Positions 1 to 10,398 of a stretch of 64,000 nt of DNA are shown piece after piece; position 1 is the first letter of the stretch; each line of letters opens with the position of its first letter. The notes below the pieces were generated by a model that was given only the letters and a program-made list of their open reading frames with translations, had not been told where the DNA came from and did not search any database. The position numbers were made by a program, and so were the translations under genes. This DNA is from an uncultured Phycisphaerales bacterium (GTDB lineage: Bacteria; Planctomycetota; Phycisphaerae; Tepidisphaerales; Tepidisphaeraceae), in contig CAVWLP010000002.1 in NCBI GenBank assembly GCA_963755915.1, positions 3,040,001 to 3,104,000 of the forward strand, in the 5' to 3' direction.

Positions 1-1521
1 CTCCGCCCAAACAAGCCTCTCCGCAATCGGGACTGGTTCCACATGAACAATAACGACATCATCTCGATGCCTGATAAGTGGGAATATCCCTGGTACGCGG
101 CATGGGACCTGGCTTTTCATTGCATTCCGCTATCGATGGTGGATATCGACTTTGCTAAAAGTCAGCTCGACCTGATGTTCTGCGAAATGTACATGCATCC
201 CACCGGGCAGATCCCCGCATACGAGTGGAACTTCGGGGACGTCAATCCACCGGTTCACGCCTTTGCAGCGCTTTATGTCTATCGGACAGAGCAATCAGAG
301 CGAGGCGAGGGCGACCGGGCATTCCTGGGTCGCATCTTTGCCAAACTCATGCTCAACTTCACGTGGTGGGTCAACCGCAAGGATCGCGCTGGACGGAACG
401 TCTTCGAAGGCGGATTTCTGGGGCTGGACAACATCGGCGTCTTCGATCGCAGCGCACCGCTGCCGACCGGCGGTTATCTGGAGCAGGCCGATGGAACCGC
501 GTGGATGGCTCTCTTCTGCCAGAACATGCTCGAAATGGGAATCGAACTGGCCGCCCACGATTCGGCATTCGACGACATGGCGATCAAATTCGTTGAACAC
601 TTTCTTTGGATCGCAAACGCGCTGAATCGTATCGGCGACGATGGAATGTGGGACGAGGAAGACGGGTTCTACTACGACCTGCTGCGCATGCCGGATGGGC
701 GCTCTCAGCGATTGAAAGTTCGGTCGCTTGTCGGGCTTCTACCCATGGCCGCCACCACCGTTCTTGAACCCTGGCAGCGCGAGCGCGTGCCAAAATTAGC
801 GGTGCATTTGGGAGAGCGGATTCGGGAGATGCCTCATCTGGTGGACGCCATCCACCCAACGGGCACGAAGCATCGCGGCCATGGTGACCGCGGCATCCTG
901 GCCCTGGTCAATCCCCAACGCCTCCGCCGAATACTCATGCGAATGCTTGACGAAAACGAGTTCCTTAGCCCCTACGGATTGCGCAGCATCTCTCGATATC
1001 ATCTCGATCATCCTTATTCCATCGGCGTCGATGGACATGAATATCGGGTCAGCTATTTGCCCGCGGAGTCGGATACGGGAATGTTCGGCGGCAATTCCAA
1101 CTGGCGCGGCCCGATCTGGTTCCCCATGAATGTCATCATCCTCCGCTCCCTTTTGCATTTCTATTTGTATTACGGCGACGAATTCAAGATCGAGTGCCCG
1201 ACCGGCTCTGGAAAAATGATGAACCTCTTTGAAGTAACCATGGAGATCACGTCGCGGCTGGCGAGCATTTTCCTGCGGGACAACAGCGGCCGGCGCGCCG
1301 TTTTCGGTAACGTGGAGAAATTTCAGAACGATCCGAATTTCCGCGACTATCTATGGTTTTACGAATATTTCCACGGGGACAATGGCGCCGGAATCGGCGC
1401 CAGCCACCAGACTGGATGGACCGGTGTGATCGCCAAGCAACTCGATTTGCTTAAACGGCTCGATGCAAAGGCAATCCTGGAGGCAGGCCGCATGGGCGCA
1501 TTCATGCCGGCAAAAAGCTAG
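1..1521 (+). CDS. GH63/MGH1-like glucosidase, 5' end outside the window
   Basis: Frame open from base 1; motifs MPDKWEYPWYAAWDLAFH, QIPAYEWNFGDVNPPVHA, GGNSNWRGPIWFP, EYFHGDNGAGIGASHQTGWTG. Confidence 0.9.
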   Translation, partial: LRPNKPLRNRDWFHMNNNDIISMPDKWEYPWYAAWDLAFHCIPLSMVDIDFAKSQLDLMFCEMYMHPTGQIPAYEWNFGDVNPPVHAFAALYVYRTEQSERGEGDRAFLGRIFAKLMLNFTWWVNRKDRAGRNVFEGGFLGLDNIGVFDRSAPLPTGGYLEQADGTAWMALFCQNMLEMGIELAAHDSAFDDMAIKFVEHFLWIANALNRIGDDGMWDEEDGFYYDLLRMPDGRSQRLKVRSLVGLLPMAATTVLEPWQRERVPKLAVHLGERIREMPHLVDAIHPTGTKHRGHGDRGILALVNPQRLRRILMRMLDENEFLSPYGLRSISRYHLDHPYSIGVDGHEYRVSYLPAESDTGMFGGNSNWRGPIWFPMNVIILRSLLHFYLYYGDEFKIECPTGSGKMMNLFEVTMEITSRLASIFLRDNSGRRAVFGNVEKFQNDPNFRDYLWFYEYFHGDNGAGIGASHQTGWTGVIAKQLDLLKRLDAKAILEAGRMGAFMPAKS

Positions 1522-1546
1522 GTAGGGAGAATGGAATGCGACTTCA

Positions 1547-2767
1547 TCAAGCACCGCCAATTTCCCTGTTGCGCCGCAAGCGACGGCTTATATATTTGTA
1601 AACCAGTAGCACCAGCGCGGGCCACGCGAATCCGATGACAACCAACGCGGTCGCGAAAACGAACGCCCGGTCCAAAATTCGTTCGCTGGCATTCTGAGCC
1701 GCATAAATCGTTTGAGTCGTGTCCGCATTAATTGACGCGGCGGCGTCCCTGGCCGTCCCGATTGATTGGCGGGCGTCCAGAAACAGGCCGTGAACTTTGT
1801 TCGATTCCGAATCCACGTCCTTCATAAGCGCGACCCGCTGCTGACTCGTCGCCGCACCGAACTGATCGATGGCGATTTGCACAGCTCGGGAGAAATCGCT
1901 CGGGTACTTCGAGATGATGTCGTTGAAACGATCACCCACCCGGGCATATTCCTCCGACGTTCCGATGATTCGCTGGACTTGCGGATCGTTGAGAACTCGG
2001 TCCGTCGCTTCCTCGATCTGGATATTCATTAACTCCGGCACCCTCAGGGCGATAAACACTATTCTTTCCGAGAGCATTCGGATATTGCGCGCTTCCTGCG
2101 TCGCCGGGTCGAGGTGCGACAGCGGACCGACATTCAATATGCCGATCAAATCGCTGTATATTTTCGGCGATTGCTTCTTGGACGGTCCGGACGATTTTTC
2201 AGTGAAATCCGTAAAACGTATGAATCCGGTGTAGTAGGCTTTGGCGTTATTCGCCACTATGTCCGCGATCGCGGCGTGGAGTTCGGTGATTTGCTGTGGC
2301 GTAAAGACCCTGCCCGCCAATTCCCATACTTCGGTCTCGCTCTGCTGGTAGGCGGCCAGAAGATCTCTTCCGTCATCGTGCAGGACATTGGGAATCCAAT
2401 AATTCTCGATGCTCATGCGGGTCAGCGTTACAAGCACGACAACATTAAGAAGATTTGCCCCGGGATTTGGGCTAGAGGCGTCGGTTAACGCCGCAAGTCC
2501 CTGGCCCAACTTATGCTGTAGCGCCCAGGTTCGCTCCGCGGGATTTTTCGCGTTGAGGGCGATCTGATCGTAGTGCAGCGCCACTCGGGAAATGAAAGTA
2601 TCCGTGAAGCCGCGGACGTGCTCGTCAACTTCTTCAACGCGCTCAATGGCAGCGGTTTTCGCATCCGAATCTTTCTGAGAGGCGCATGCGGATAATAGGA
2701 ACGGGACCAACATTATCAGGCCCAAGGCTGCAATATCGCGGAGGATTTGAGATTGACGGTTTACCAT
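1547..2767 (-). CDS. Hypothetical lipoprotein with C-terminal TM helix
   Basis: 406-aa ORF with lipobox-like LLSAC and a hydrophobic C-terminal segment; co-oriented with neighbours. Confidence 0.7.
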   Translation of the reverse strand: MVNRQSQILRDIAALGLIMLVPFLLSACASQKDSDAKTAAIERVEEVDEHVRGFTDTFISRVALHYDQIALNAKNPAERTWALQHKLGQGLAALTDASSPNPGANLLNVVVLVTLTRMSIENYWIPNVLHDDGRDLLAAYQQSETEVWELAGRVFTPQQITELHAAIADIVANNAKAYYTGFIRFTDFTEKSSGPSKKQSPKIYSDLIGILNVGPLSHLDPATQEARNIRMLSERIVFIALRVPELMNIQIEEATDRVLNDPQVQRIIGTSEEYARVGDRFNDIISKYPSDFSRAVQIAIDQFGAATSQQRVALMKDVDSESNKVHGLFLDARQSIGTARDAAASINADTTQTIYAAQNASERILDRAFVFATALVVIGFAWPALVLLVYKYISRRLRRNREIGGA

Positions 2768-2785
2768 TCATCACTCGCGCTGATG

Positions 2786-3730
2786 TCATTTTTCCGGGAA
2801 GACAAAGGTGGCGGTAAGGCGAAGTCCCCATTCGGGCGTGCCGTGAGGTCCGCACGCGTATGCACGCGCACCGAATCCAAGGCTTACGGGATGCCCCGCC
2901 AGGGGAATGATCTGAGAGACCGCCGCATTGATAGGCACCGTCCACTCCCACGCCTTCCAGTTAAACGTCGATTCGCAATTCAGGGTCGCGGAAAAACCAT
3001 GGCCAAAGTTGTACGAGACGAAAGGCTGAAGAAACGTGTTGGAGACATCCGGGTTGCCGGCGATCGTGTTAAAGGAAATGTCTCTGCCGATCGACCAGAT
3101 GTGGTCGAAGAGGATGCCGTAAGTCCACGGACCTTGCTGCCTAAGAAGGAGCGCTGTCGGACCGAGGCCCCAGCGATGGGCTCCGAGAAATGCGGCGGTA
3201 GAGGTCGGCAGCAGAAAAACCGGTCCAACTCCCCAAATCAAACCACCCGGACCTGGATTTGCGGGGGAAAAGAAGAAGCTCGAGTCCGTATCGCCGAGCC
3301 CAAACTGGTCAGAATTGTTGAACATCTTGTTTTGATAGATTACAGGTAGAATCGTTCGAGTGATCAAATTCCAGTTATCGGAGAGTTTGACGGGAATGAC
3401 GGGTTGAATGTTGAGCGTATATCGAAACCCTTCGTGATTGAATCCGCCGCCAAAATCGAAGTTGCTCTGAAGCGGAAACGAGATCAATGAAGCGACCGGA
3501 TTCGCCAATTGCGTCGCCAACTGGTTGACATCCGGGCCGGCGTTTTGTTGGGTGGCCGCGATGTCCATCAGGAGGCGCGGCGCGAAATTGGGGGCATTCG
3601 AGTCGACGCTCGGTAGCGCCGCATCGAAGTTGATATCACCCGCTCCATCCCCGGCCGACACGCCTGCGGCTGGGATGGCAAAGAACACGAGTGAGAAGGC
3701 AAAAAGGTTAAGTCTAAGATTTATGCGCAT
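2786..3730 (-). CDS. Outer-membrane beta-barrel/transporter ('neuromedin U'-annotated family)
   Basis: Signal peptide; LANPVASLISFPLQ, LNIQPVIP, NWNLITRTILP, GLGD, WGVGPVFLLPT, WGLGPTA; C-terminal TFVFP. Confidence 0.8.
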   Translation of the reverse strand: MRINLRLNLFAFSLVFFAIPAAGVSAGDGAGDINFDAALPSVDSNAPNFAPRLLMDIAATQQNAGPDVNQLATQLANPVASLISFPLQSNFDFGGGFNHEGFRYTLNIQPVIPVKLSDNWNLITRTILPVIYQNKMFNNSDQFGLGDTDSSFFFSPANPGPGGLIWGVGPVFLLPTSTAAFLGAHRWGLGPTALLLRQQGPWTYGILFDHIWSIGRDISFNTIAGNPDVSNTFLQPFVSYNFGHGFSATLNCESTFNWKAWEWTVPINAAVSQIIPLAGHPVSLGFGARAYACGPHGTPEWGLRLTATFVFPEK

Positions 3731-3754
3731 TGGTTCGCCGCTTTCTACAGGTTG

Positions 3755-4690
3755 TTACTCCCGCCCTGGAAGTAGGTATTCGAGCGTAAACCGGAACGTC
3801 CAAGCCGATGCGCCCGATGCATTGACGAAGTTGTATTCCGATTCCGCGCTGAGTTTCAGACGCTGGCCAAACAACTCGAAGTTTTTGCCGAGTGAAAGTC
3901 CGAGGGGAATGTTGGTTGACCGTCCTTTGATCCAGTCGTATGTGAAATTCATCTGGGACGTACCGATGCTCCAGCCGCGCCGCAGCGAATAGTTGATGAT
4001 CGGTTGCAGCTTGATTTTCGCCACGCTTGGGCTGGACGAATCGCCGGCGAAAGAAAAGTAGCTCAGACTGAGAATACCCAAACGCCAGTTGCCCGTTCCG
4101 GTATTGAGTCCAATGGCCGGACCGATGGTCCACTTTCCTCCACCAACTTCTGAGCGGGTTCCCGTCGGTAAGAGCAGTACCGGGCCGAGGTCGAAATCGC
4201 CCCAGGATGTTGGCAGTTCAGCCAGGTCGTAAAACTCCATGTCTCCGAATCCACTTGGACCTGTCGGATCGTCGGTAATCGCGCTCTCGGTCAAAGTTCC
4301 AGCCGAGGACGTTGTGAAGGGAATCGTCAGCCGAGTCATTTGCGGAATATTCGCGACGCTCCACGGGACATACGTTCGGAAGACAACCTGATTGCCCGGA
4401 ACGTTATTCGGTGCGTAATAACTGGGAGAAAACCAATCGGCGATCGTGATTCGAATCGGTGGAAGGTGGGCGGGATGTTCGCTCTGATCATGCGGCTGCG
4501 CGAGGAGCGTACCACTCCGACTCGCTACGGTGCGCCCGGACGCATCATCGGTTTTCGTTGATGTTGGGAGGGGAGCCATAAAATTATCATCCTGCGACGC
4601 ACATCCACACATTGCGATCATCAGCACGGACGCAAGCAGACACCTTTGAAATTGCGGCTTCTTCACGGCTGTTCCCGGTACATGACCCAT
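3755..4690 (-). CDS. Second, divergent beta-barrel of the same family
   Basis: RLTIPF, GFGD, LGPVLLLPT, KWTIGPA, LQPIINY, C-terminal FTLEYLLP, parallel to the adjacent gene. Confidence 0.65.
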   Translation of the reverse strand: MGHVPGTAVKKPQFQRCLLASVLMIAMCGCASQDDNFMAPLPTSTKTDDASGRTVASRSGTLLAQPHDQSEHPAHLPPIRITIADWFSPSYYAPNNVPGNQVVFRTYVPWSVANIPQMTRLTIPFTTSSAGTLTESAITDDPTGPSGFGDMEFYDLAELPTSWGDFDLGPVLLLPTGTRSEVGGGKWTIGPAIGLNTGTGNWRLGILSLSYFSFAGDSSSPSVAKIKLQPIINYSLRRGWSIGTSQMNFTYDWIKGRSTNIPLGLSLGKNFELFGQRLKLSAESEYNFVNASGASAWTFRFTLEYLLPGRE

Positions 4691-4694
4691 GCGT

Positions 4695-5184
4695 TCATTG
4701 AGCCGGTTTCCACCGGGAATCGGGATTGAAAGCGGTCATGGATTGGGCGGTTGCGGCAGTGTTCGCGCCGAGGTCCTTCTGATAGACGACCCCGTCTTGA
4801 TTGACGGCAAAAGTCATGATTCCGGAATTGCCGTAATGTCCAGAACCTCAACGAAGTTGACCAGCGACTTCACGCTGGGATCCCACTGCTGCTTTTTCCA
4901 GTTCTATTGCCAATTCGTCTCCCTTCAAGTTGGATTTCTGCTTGATCCATTGATCCGCCTCGGCAATTTCTACGGGGTAAGCCGATGCCATGAGAACTTG
5001 CGTAAGCAGAGTGTCGGGATAGAGGGCCACGGGTGAAAGCATCTGATCGAACTCCTCTTGCTTGAACGGAGGCGCTGCTGACTGCGCCGCGGGTGCAGGG
5101 GTGGTTGCATCCGAAGCCGCAGAGCTACCCGTGGAGGAAGAGCAACCCGCCAACAAGACAAGAAGAATAAGACCAAAATCGCAT
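4695..5184 (-). pseudogene. Chimeric remnant: DUF3300 N-terminus joined out of frame to a DUF2950 C-terminus
   Basis: FDQMLSPVALYPDTLLTQVLMASAYP...WDPSVKSLVNF (DUF3300-like) is followed in another frame by YGNSGIMTFAVNQDGVVYQKDLG...MTAFNPDSRWKP* (DUF2950-like). Confidence 0.75.
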
Positions 5185-5186
5185 GA

Positions 5187-5588
5187 CTATTCCTTGAGCA
5201 CGAAGATAGCTTGATTAATAGCGGTATTCGGATTGTGGCGGACGGGGACCGTGTAAATAGTCCCGTGGTATCCCGCCGCCACATAAACATCGCCGCCCAG
5301 CGTCTTGGGATCGACTAACAGGCCGTTCGCGCCGTACGATGCCGCCGCCTCCTTCATCCGATCGAATGCCGCGTCGGCATTGCCGTAGGCGTCCCACTGC
5401 AAGTCGGGCGTTATGACCAGGCCGAGTGTAGCGAGAATTTCGTATTTCGCCGGAGGATTTTGGTAGATCTTCACCTGGTCCGGCGAGGTGGGCATATGTA
5501 CCCCGGTCGTCGGCACGACATGATTGCTCGAGCAGCTCGCCAGAATCAACAGGCAAGCCGCGCCGACCGAAACGAAAATTGACTTCAT
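5187..5588 (-). CDS. Small hypothetical lipoprotein
   Basis: AAGGAG RBS; MKSIFVSVGAACLLILASC lipoprotein signal; KEAAASYGANGLLV motif. Confidence 0.75.
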   Translation of the reverse strand: MKSIFVSVGAACLLILASCSSNHVVPTTGVHMPTSPDQVKIYQNPPAKYEILATLGLVITPDLQWDAYGNADAAFDRMKEAAASYGANGLLVDPKTLGGDVYVAAGYHGTIYTVPVRHNPNTAINQAIFVLKE

Positions 5589-5853
5589 CGCATCTCCTTT
5601 GGTTAAAAGGTTCGCATCCACTATGTCGCTGGCTCCTCACGGGAAAAACATTCGATGGCTTCCTCGAAGAGATCGAACGCACGAACATGCCAACCGCGTA
5701 TTTCCGCGAACGTCGCGAACAATTCGGCTTTTCTCGCCGTCCCGGTAACGATGCAGAATCGCCAGATGATGTTTCTCGCGAAAACCCATTTCGTGAAACG
5801 CGCGGGCTAGGTCGTGCAATCAAAGACGCGCGAGTTCGGTGCGAAATCCGTAC

Positions 5854-8122
5854 TTAGTGACGGCCTTTCAATCCGCCACCGTGTGAATGGAATCTGCTCG
5901 AGCCTCCAGCGTTCTGGAAGCGTTGCTCGCCGAGATCGCGTGAGGATCGTTGCGAATCCAAATTCTGCTGCTGGGAAAATGACTGGTTGCCGGATCGATC
6001 CGCTGATTGCCAGCCACCGGCTGTGCGCTGCTGCCAGCCGTCGTTGGTATGACGGTATACGTTTCCGTCGTGGCCGGCATAGACATCGCCGTCATGGTAC
6101 CCAACACCATTACCGGTGTTTGTGTTGTATTTGAAGCCCGATCTTTCGGCGACACCGCTGCCGTTGTAGATGTTGCCGGCGGCCTGAGCGCTATGCCCGC
6201 TGATAACACCCGTATTGGGATTGTAGGTTGCGCCGCCGGCCCTCACATCAAAGTTGCCGTTGGAGCGATCGAGATAGTTTGAATATCCGCCGACGGAGGA
6301 GCGGCCAGTGTACGGATTGAATGATGCCGCGGCAGCCTTGTAATTCGAGCGGCCGGTCCAGGGATCATAATCGTAATGACGACTGACGCTGGTAACCCCA
6401 CCGTGCCAGTTCGCGTAAACGCTATGGGAATTGAGATCGACGCTGGCGAAACCGTGACATGGGCCCCAATACGGACGAGACCAGCAATCGCCGATGATCG
6501 CGCCCGCCGCAAATCCAAATGCAAATCCCGTTGCCGCGCCGCATGCGAACCCCGCACCGTACCCGTATGTTGGCGGATATCCGACCCATACCTGGCCCAC
6601 ATACGCCGGGTAGTAATACCCCGTCCCATAGACGACGACGCCATCGGGCGAAATGCATGTCCCCATGTAGCCCGGCGTATAGCCGACGTAAACTACCTCG
6701 TTCGTGTAACCATAGATGCGAACGTATGTCACGTAATGAATCGGACTGCTGACTGGAATCGTGTAGATGATCGGCGGCACGACGGTCGCGACGGCCCACG
6801 TCCCCAGCGGCGACGCAGAATAGAACCAGATGCCGTTGTTTACACAGTAATAGGTCTTTGTCGCCTCGACGAACACGACCGGACTTACGGCATTAACCGC
6901 GTATTTCAATCCTTTGTCGTTGTCGATGTCCTCGAACTTCGGTGTGCCATCGTAACTGACCGTCAAATTGGCCTGGGAGATATTCACAGTAGCCGTTTGC
7001 GGAATCGAATTGGCAATGACAGCCTCGTTCGCCTGCGGGGTGCCGGGCACCGAAACAAGCACATTGGCTTTGGCGCTATCCGGTGGAATCTCGGCAAAAT
7101 CCGCCGGCAACGCATTGCCGGGCACAAATTTCCAGGGGCCATTCAGCGAACCTGACTTGAACCAACGCCCCGAAACCAATACATAAAAATCGCATGTTCC
7201 GAGCATTTCGAAGACCGCGTTCTCGCTGTTCTTCATGTCAAGCAGGTTAGTCCCGAAGATCGGAGCATATTCCGGCTCACCCCGCGATTGGATCAGTTCG
7301 GCAGGTTTGTCGGAGGTGTAAATGACGGGCAGCCCCAGAGGCGCGCCATCAGGATTGCCCGGCACAAGAAGATCGACCGCCCCGGCCTTTGCGAGGGAAT
7401 CTTTCAGTGCATCAAATCCATCCGGCGCGTGGGGTACTATAACCCATGGTCCCAGAGGAGAATCGCCGCTCACCCAGCAGTCCATCAGAAATAGGTAATA
7501 CTTCTTTGAGGTTTGATCGAGCAGAATAAGCTGTCGTGTATTGACGACGCGCATCACATGCGCCTGCGCGGTAGCCCGCAACACGGGATCGCCATCGATC
7601 AGGATCAAAATGGATGGCCGCGTGTCGAAGATGATGCGCGGAACATCGTTTTTTACATCCATGGCTGCGGTTTTCCTGCCTGCCTGTGTGATTTCGAGAT
7701 TGGCCTCGAGATGGTCCAGCGGCACGTCCGTTGCCGTATCCGGAACCGCTTGATTGATTTGGGTCAAATATTGCGGCTCGTTTACGCGGTCCTGCGGAAC
7801 CGACACCTTGTTTATCGTGATGTTTTCCAGCGTTACTATGCGCGACTTTATCCACATCCGTGCGGGCACTGATCCAAATCACGCCATATTCGGGGCTGGT
7901 CGCGGCTTTGGGTGTAATTGACACCGCCGCCTGAGCCGCCAGTTGATTTCCGTCCCAGGTCTCAATCTGGGGCTGATAGATCAAAAGAGTCGCGTCCTTC
8001 AGCTCGTGTTTGCGAGGCCAGGTGAGGTTAGCTCCACTTTCCGTGCTGTTATCCTGTGCGCACGCCGCTGGGATCGACATAAACATCGTCAAGAAGAGCA
8101 ATCTGGCCAAGAGCTTGAACAT
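5854..8122 (-). CDS. Secreted protein of the 'carbohydrate-binding family V/XII'-annotated type; one frameshift near 7850
   Basis: ORFs 7412..8140 (signal peptide, WPR...IYQPQIETW) and 5854..7869 join; Gly/Tyr-rich tail with YAGHDGNVYR...GWQQ. Confidence 0.75.
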
Positions 8123-8177
8123 AAAGGTTCTCCGGGGCACTCAGCCAATACGACCAACTCGACACCACGCGGCTTCC

Positions 8178-8588
8178 TCATCCCGGTCGCGATGGTGATC
8201 GGAGCATCGCCGAGACGTATTGCTCACCTCGCTGTGCCCCGTAGACAGCAGGCAACAATTCATCGCCCGCGGTCGGCTTGAGCACATAGCCCATCGCTCC
8301 GATTTCCATGGCGCGCCGCATCAGCTCAGGCTCTCGATGGACGGTCACGAATACAATTCGCGCGGTTGATTCCGATTTGAGAATCCATTGCGCCGCGGCT
8401 ATGCCATCCATGCCGGGCATCGCGATGTCCGCCACGATGACGTCCGGCTTAAGCACGAGCGAGGCCCCGATCATTCCGTATCCGTCGGTCACCCTTGCAA
8501 CAACGTCCATTTCCGACTCGAGTAGGGCCTGCAATTGCTTTGCAACTACATCGTGATCTTCGACGAGGATCACTCGAATGCGATTCAT
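8178..8588 (-). CDS. Stand-alone receiver-domain response regulator (NarL-like REC)
   Basis: VILVEDH, PDVIVADIAMPGMDG, GAMGYVLK; no HTH. Confidence 0.85.
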   Translation of the reverse strand: MNRIRVILVEDHDVVAKQLQALLESEMDVVARVTDGYGMIGASLVLKPDVIVADIAMPGMDGIAAAQWILKSESTARIVFVTVHREPELMRRAMEIGAMGYVLKPTAGDELLPAVYGAQRGEQYVSAMLRSPSRPG

Positions 8589-8759
8589 GCCCTGCTCCAA
8601 TCCGCCGATCCGCGACAAATCGCCTCGAAATCGGGCGGGGTAGGCCGAAACGAGTCGAAACGATCAGACGAGACTGAATCCTCATCAATCGAGACCTGCT
8701 GAATAATAATTTAGAATCCAAAGGACGCGCAAGAGAGAGGAAATGACCGGATTCCGGGG

Positions 8760-8775
8760 TCCGAATTTTTGCGGA
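8760..8775. promoter_or_regulatory. Palindromic TCCG-N8-CGGA site, putative response-regulator box
   Basis: TCCGAATTTTTGCGGA; its reverse complement matches 14659-14674 at 14/16 positions. Confidence 0.45.
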
Positions 8776-8821
8776 GGGATACGGCTCCAATCCAAACTGA
8801 ACACTGCACCCAAAGCGAATC

Positions 8822-9385
8822 TCAGGCGTTGGTCCACTGATCTTCCACGAGGTTGTGGCGGAAGGCGTATTGGACGAGCTCCGCGGTGGTCACGACGCCT
8901 AACGTCTCCATCATATCGTACTTATGCGTTTCCACAGTCCGCCGCGATAGATTGAGCGACGCTGCCACTTCCTTCATGGTCAGGCCTTTCACGACGAGCT
9001 GAAGCACTTCCCGTTGCCGTGGTGTAATGGATTCGATCGGACTGTCCTTACCCGATCGCAGAGCGGAAAGAACGCTTCGCGCGATCTTGGATGAGATGTA
9101 AATATTCCCGCTCAGCACCTGCGTTACCGCAGCCAGAAGCTCTTCACCGGCAGAGTCCTTCAGAACGTATCCGGAGGCTCCGGCCAGGATCGCCTCGCGG
9201 GCAAGCATTGGATCATCATGCATCGTCAGGAAAATCATTTTGACGCGATGGCCCTCGCTGCAAAGTTGCCGCAGCGCCTGAATGCCGCTCATTTTCGGCA
9301 TGCCGAGGTCGGCAATAATCACGTCCGGCTTATGTTTGCGGACGTGTTCGATTAGTTGCAGCCCGTCGGCAACAATCCCCTCAAC
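8822..9385 (-). pseudogene. NarL/LuxR response regulator, 3' part (interrupted by IS21)
   Basis: PDVIIADLGMPKMSG, GASGYVLK, ITPRQREVLQL...SRRTVETHK HTH; its first 30 codons lie at 12239-12328. Confidence 0.9.
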
Positions 9386-9507
9386 TGTCACGGGGCGCAC
9401 CAAAACCAGCCAGGGCGGGGCGCTTCAAAACCGGCCAATGTGCTGACGTATTCTATACCGCATCCGTTCTATCCGACGCAACTGTTCCTTGAGTTATTGG
9501 TCCCCGT

Positions 9508-10398
9508 TCACGCCGTCTGGCCGGCGGATACCCCCACATCAGAAGACAACGGCGGCTCTGTCACGGTGTCTTCCGGGGGGGAGCACCCTTCATCGCCGGC
9601 GGTACTCCGCCGTCCTTTTGGATTTGTCTTTTCCGGTGTCCCGGATTGGCCTGCCGTGAGCGAAGTCGAATGGCCCCCATGCCGAAGGCGGTAGCTCTTG
9701 CCGGTGATGTTGATGATCGTGGCGTGCTGCAGGAACCGATCCAGAATGGCCGTGGCCGCCGGCACGTCGCCGATCAGCTTGGCCCAGTCCTCCAGTGGAC
9801 GGTTGCTGGTCATCATCGTCGAGCGGTTCTCGTGCCGGCGCATGACGATCTCCAGCAGGCATTCGCCGCTGCGCCGCGGAAGCTGCTTCATTCCCATGTC
9901 GTCGATGATAAGCAGATCAGGCTTGAGATACCGGGCCAGCGTCTTGTCCTGGGCTCCCAGATCCTCGTCGCCTAAAAAGTCGCGGGCCAGGTCGAAGATG
10001 GATCGGTACAGGACCACCAAGCCGCTCTTGATCGCCTGGTGTCCGATGGCCTGGGCCAAAAACGATTTGCCCACGCCGGGCGGACCCAGCAAGAGCACGT
10101 CACGTTTGTCACGAATGAACTGGCCGGCGGCCAGATCGTGAATCTGTTTGCGTTTGATGGAGGTGTTGAAGGAGAAGTCGAACTCGTCGAGGTTTTTGGT
10201 GTCGCGGAACATCGCCGCCTTGACGCGCCGGCCGATCTGCCGGCTGGATCGGACGTTCAGTTCATCCTGAAGGATCAGTTCCAAAAACTCACTGTGGTCG
10301 AGCCGATTGCCGGCCGCCTCGCTCAGGCGAACTTCAAGGCTGCTCGCCAGACCTGAAAGCCGAAGTTGCTTGAGCGTCTGCATCAACGAAGGTCTCAT
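9508..10398 (-). CDS. istB: IS21 helper ATPase IstB
   Basis: LRLSG, FDFSFN, Walker A GPPGVGKS, LLIIDDMG, TSNRP..W, ILDRFL. Confidence 0.95.
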   Translation of the reverse strand: MRPSLMQTLKQLRLSGLASSLEVRLSEAAGNRLDHSEFLELILQDELNVRSSRQIGRRVKAAMFRDTKNLDEFDFSFNTSIKRKQIHDLAAGQFIRDKRDVLLLGPPGVGKSFLAQAIGHQAIKSGLVVLYRSIFDLARDFLGDEDLGAQDKTLARYLKPDLLIIDDMGMKQLPRRSGECLLEIVMRRHENRSTMMTSNRPLEDWAKLIGDVPAATAILDRFLQHATIINITGKSYRLRHGGHSTSLTAGQSGTPEKTNPKGRRSTAGDEGCSPPEDTVTEPPLSSDVGVSAGQTA

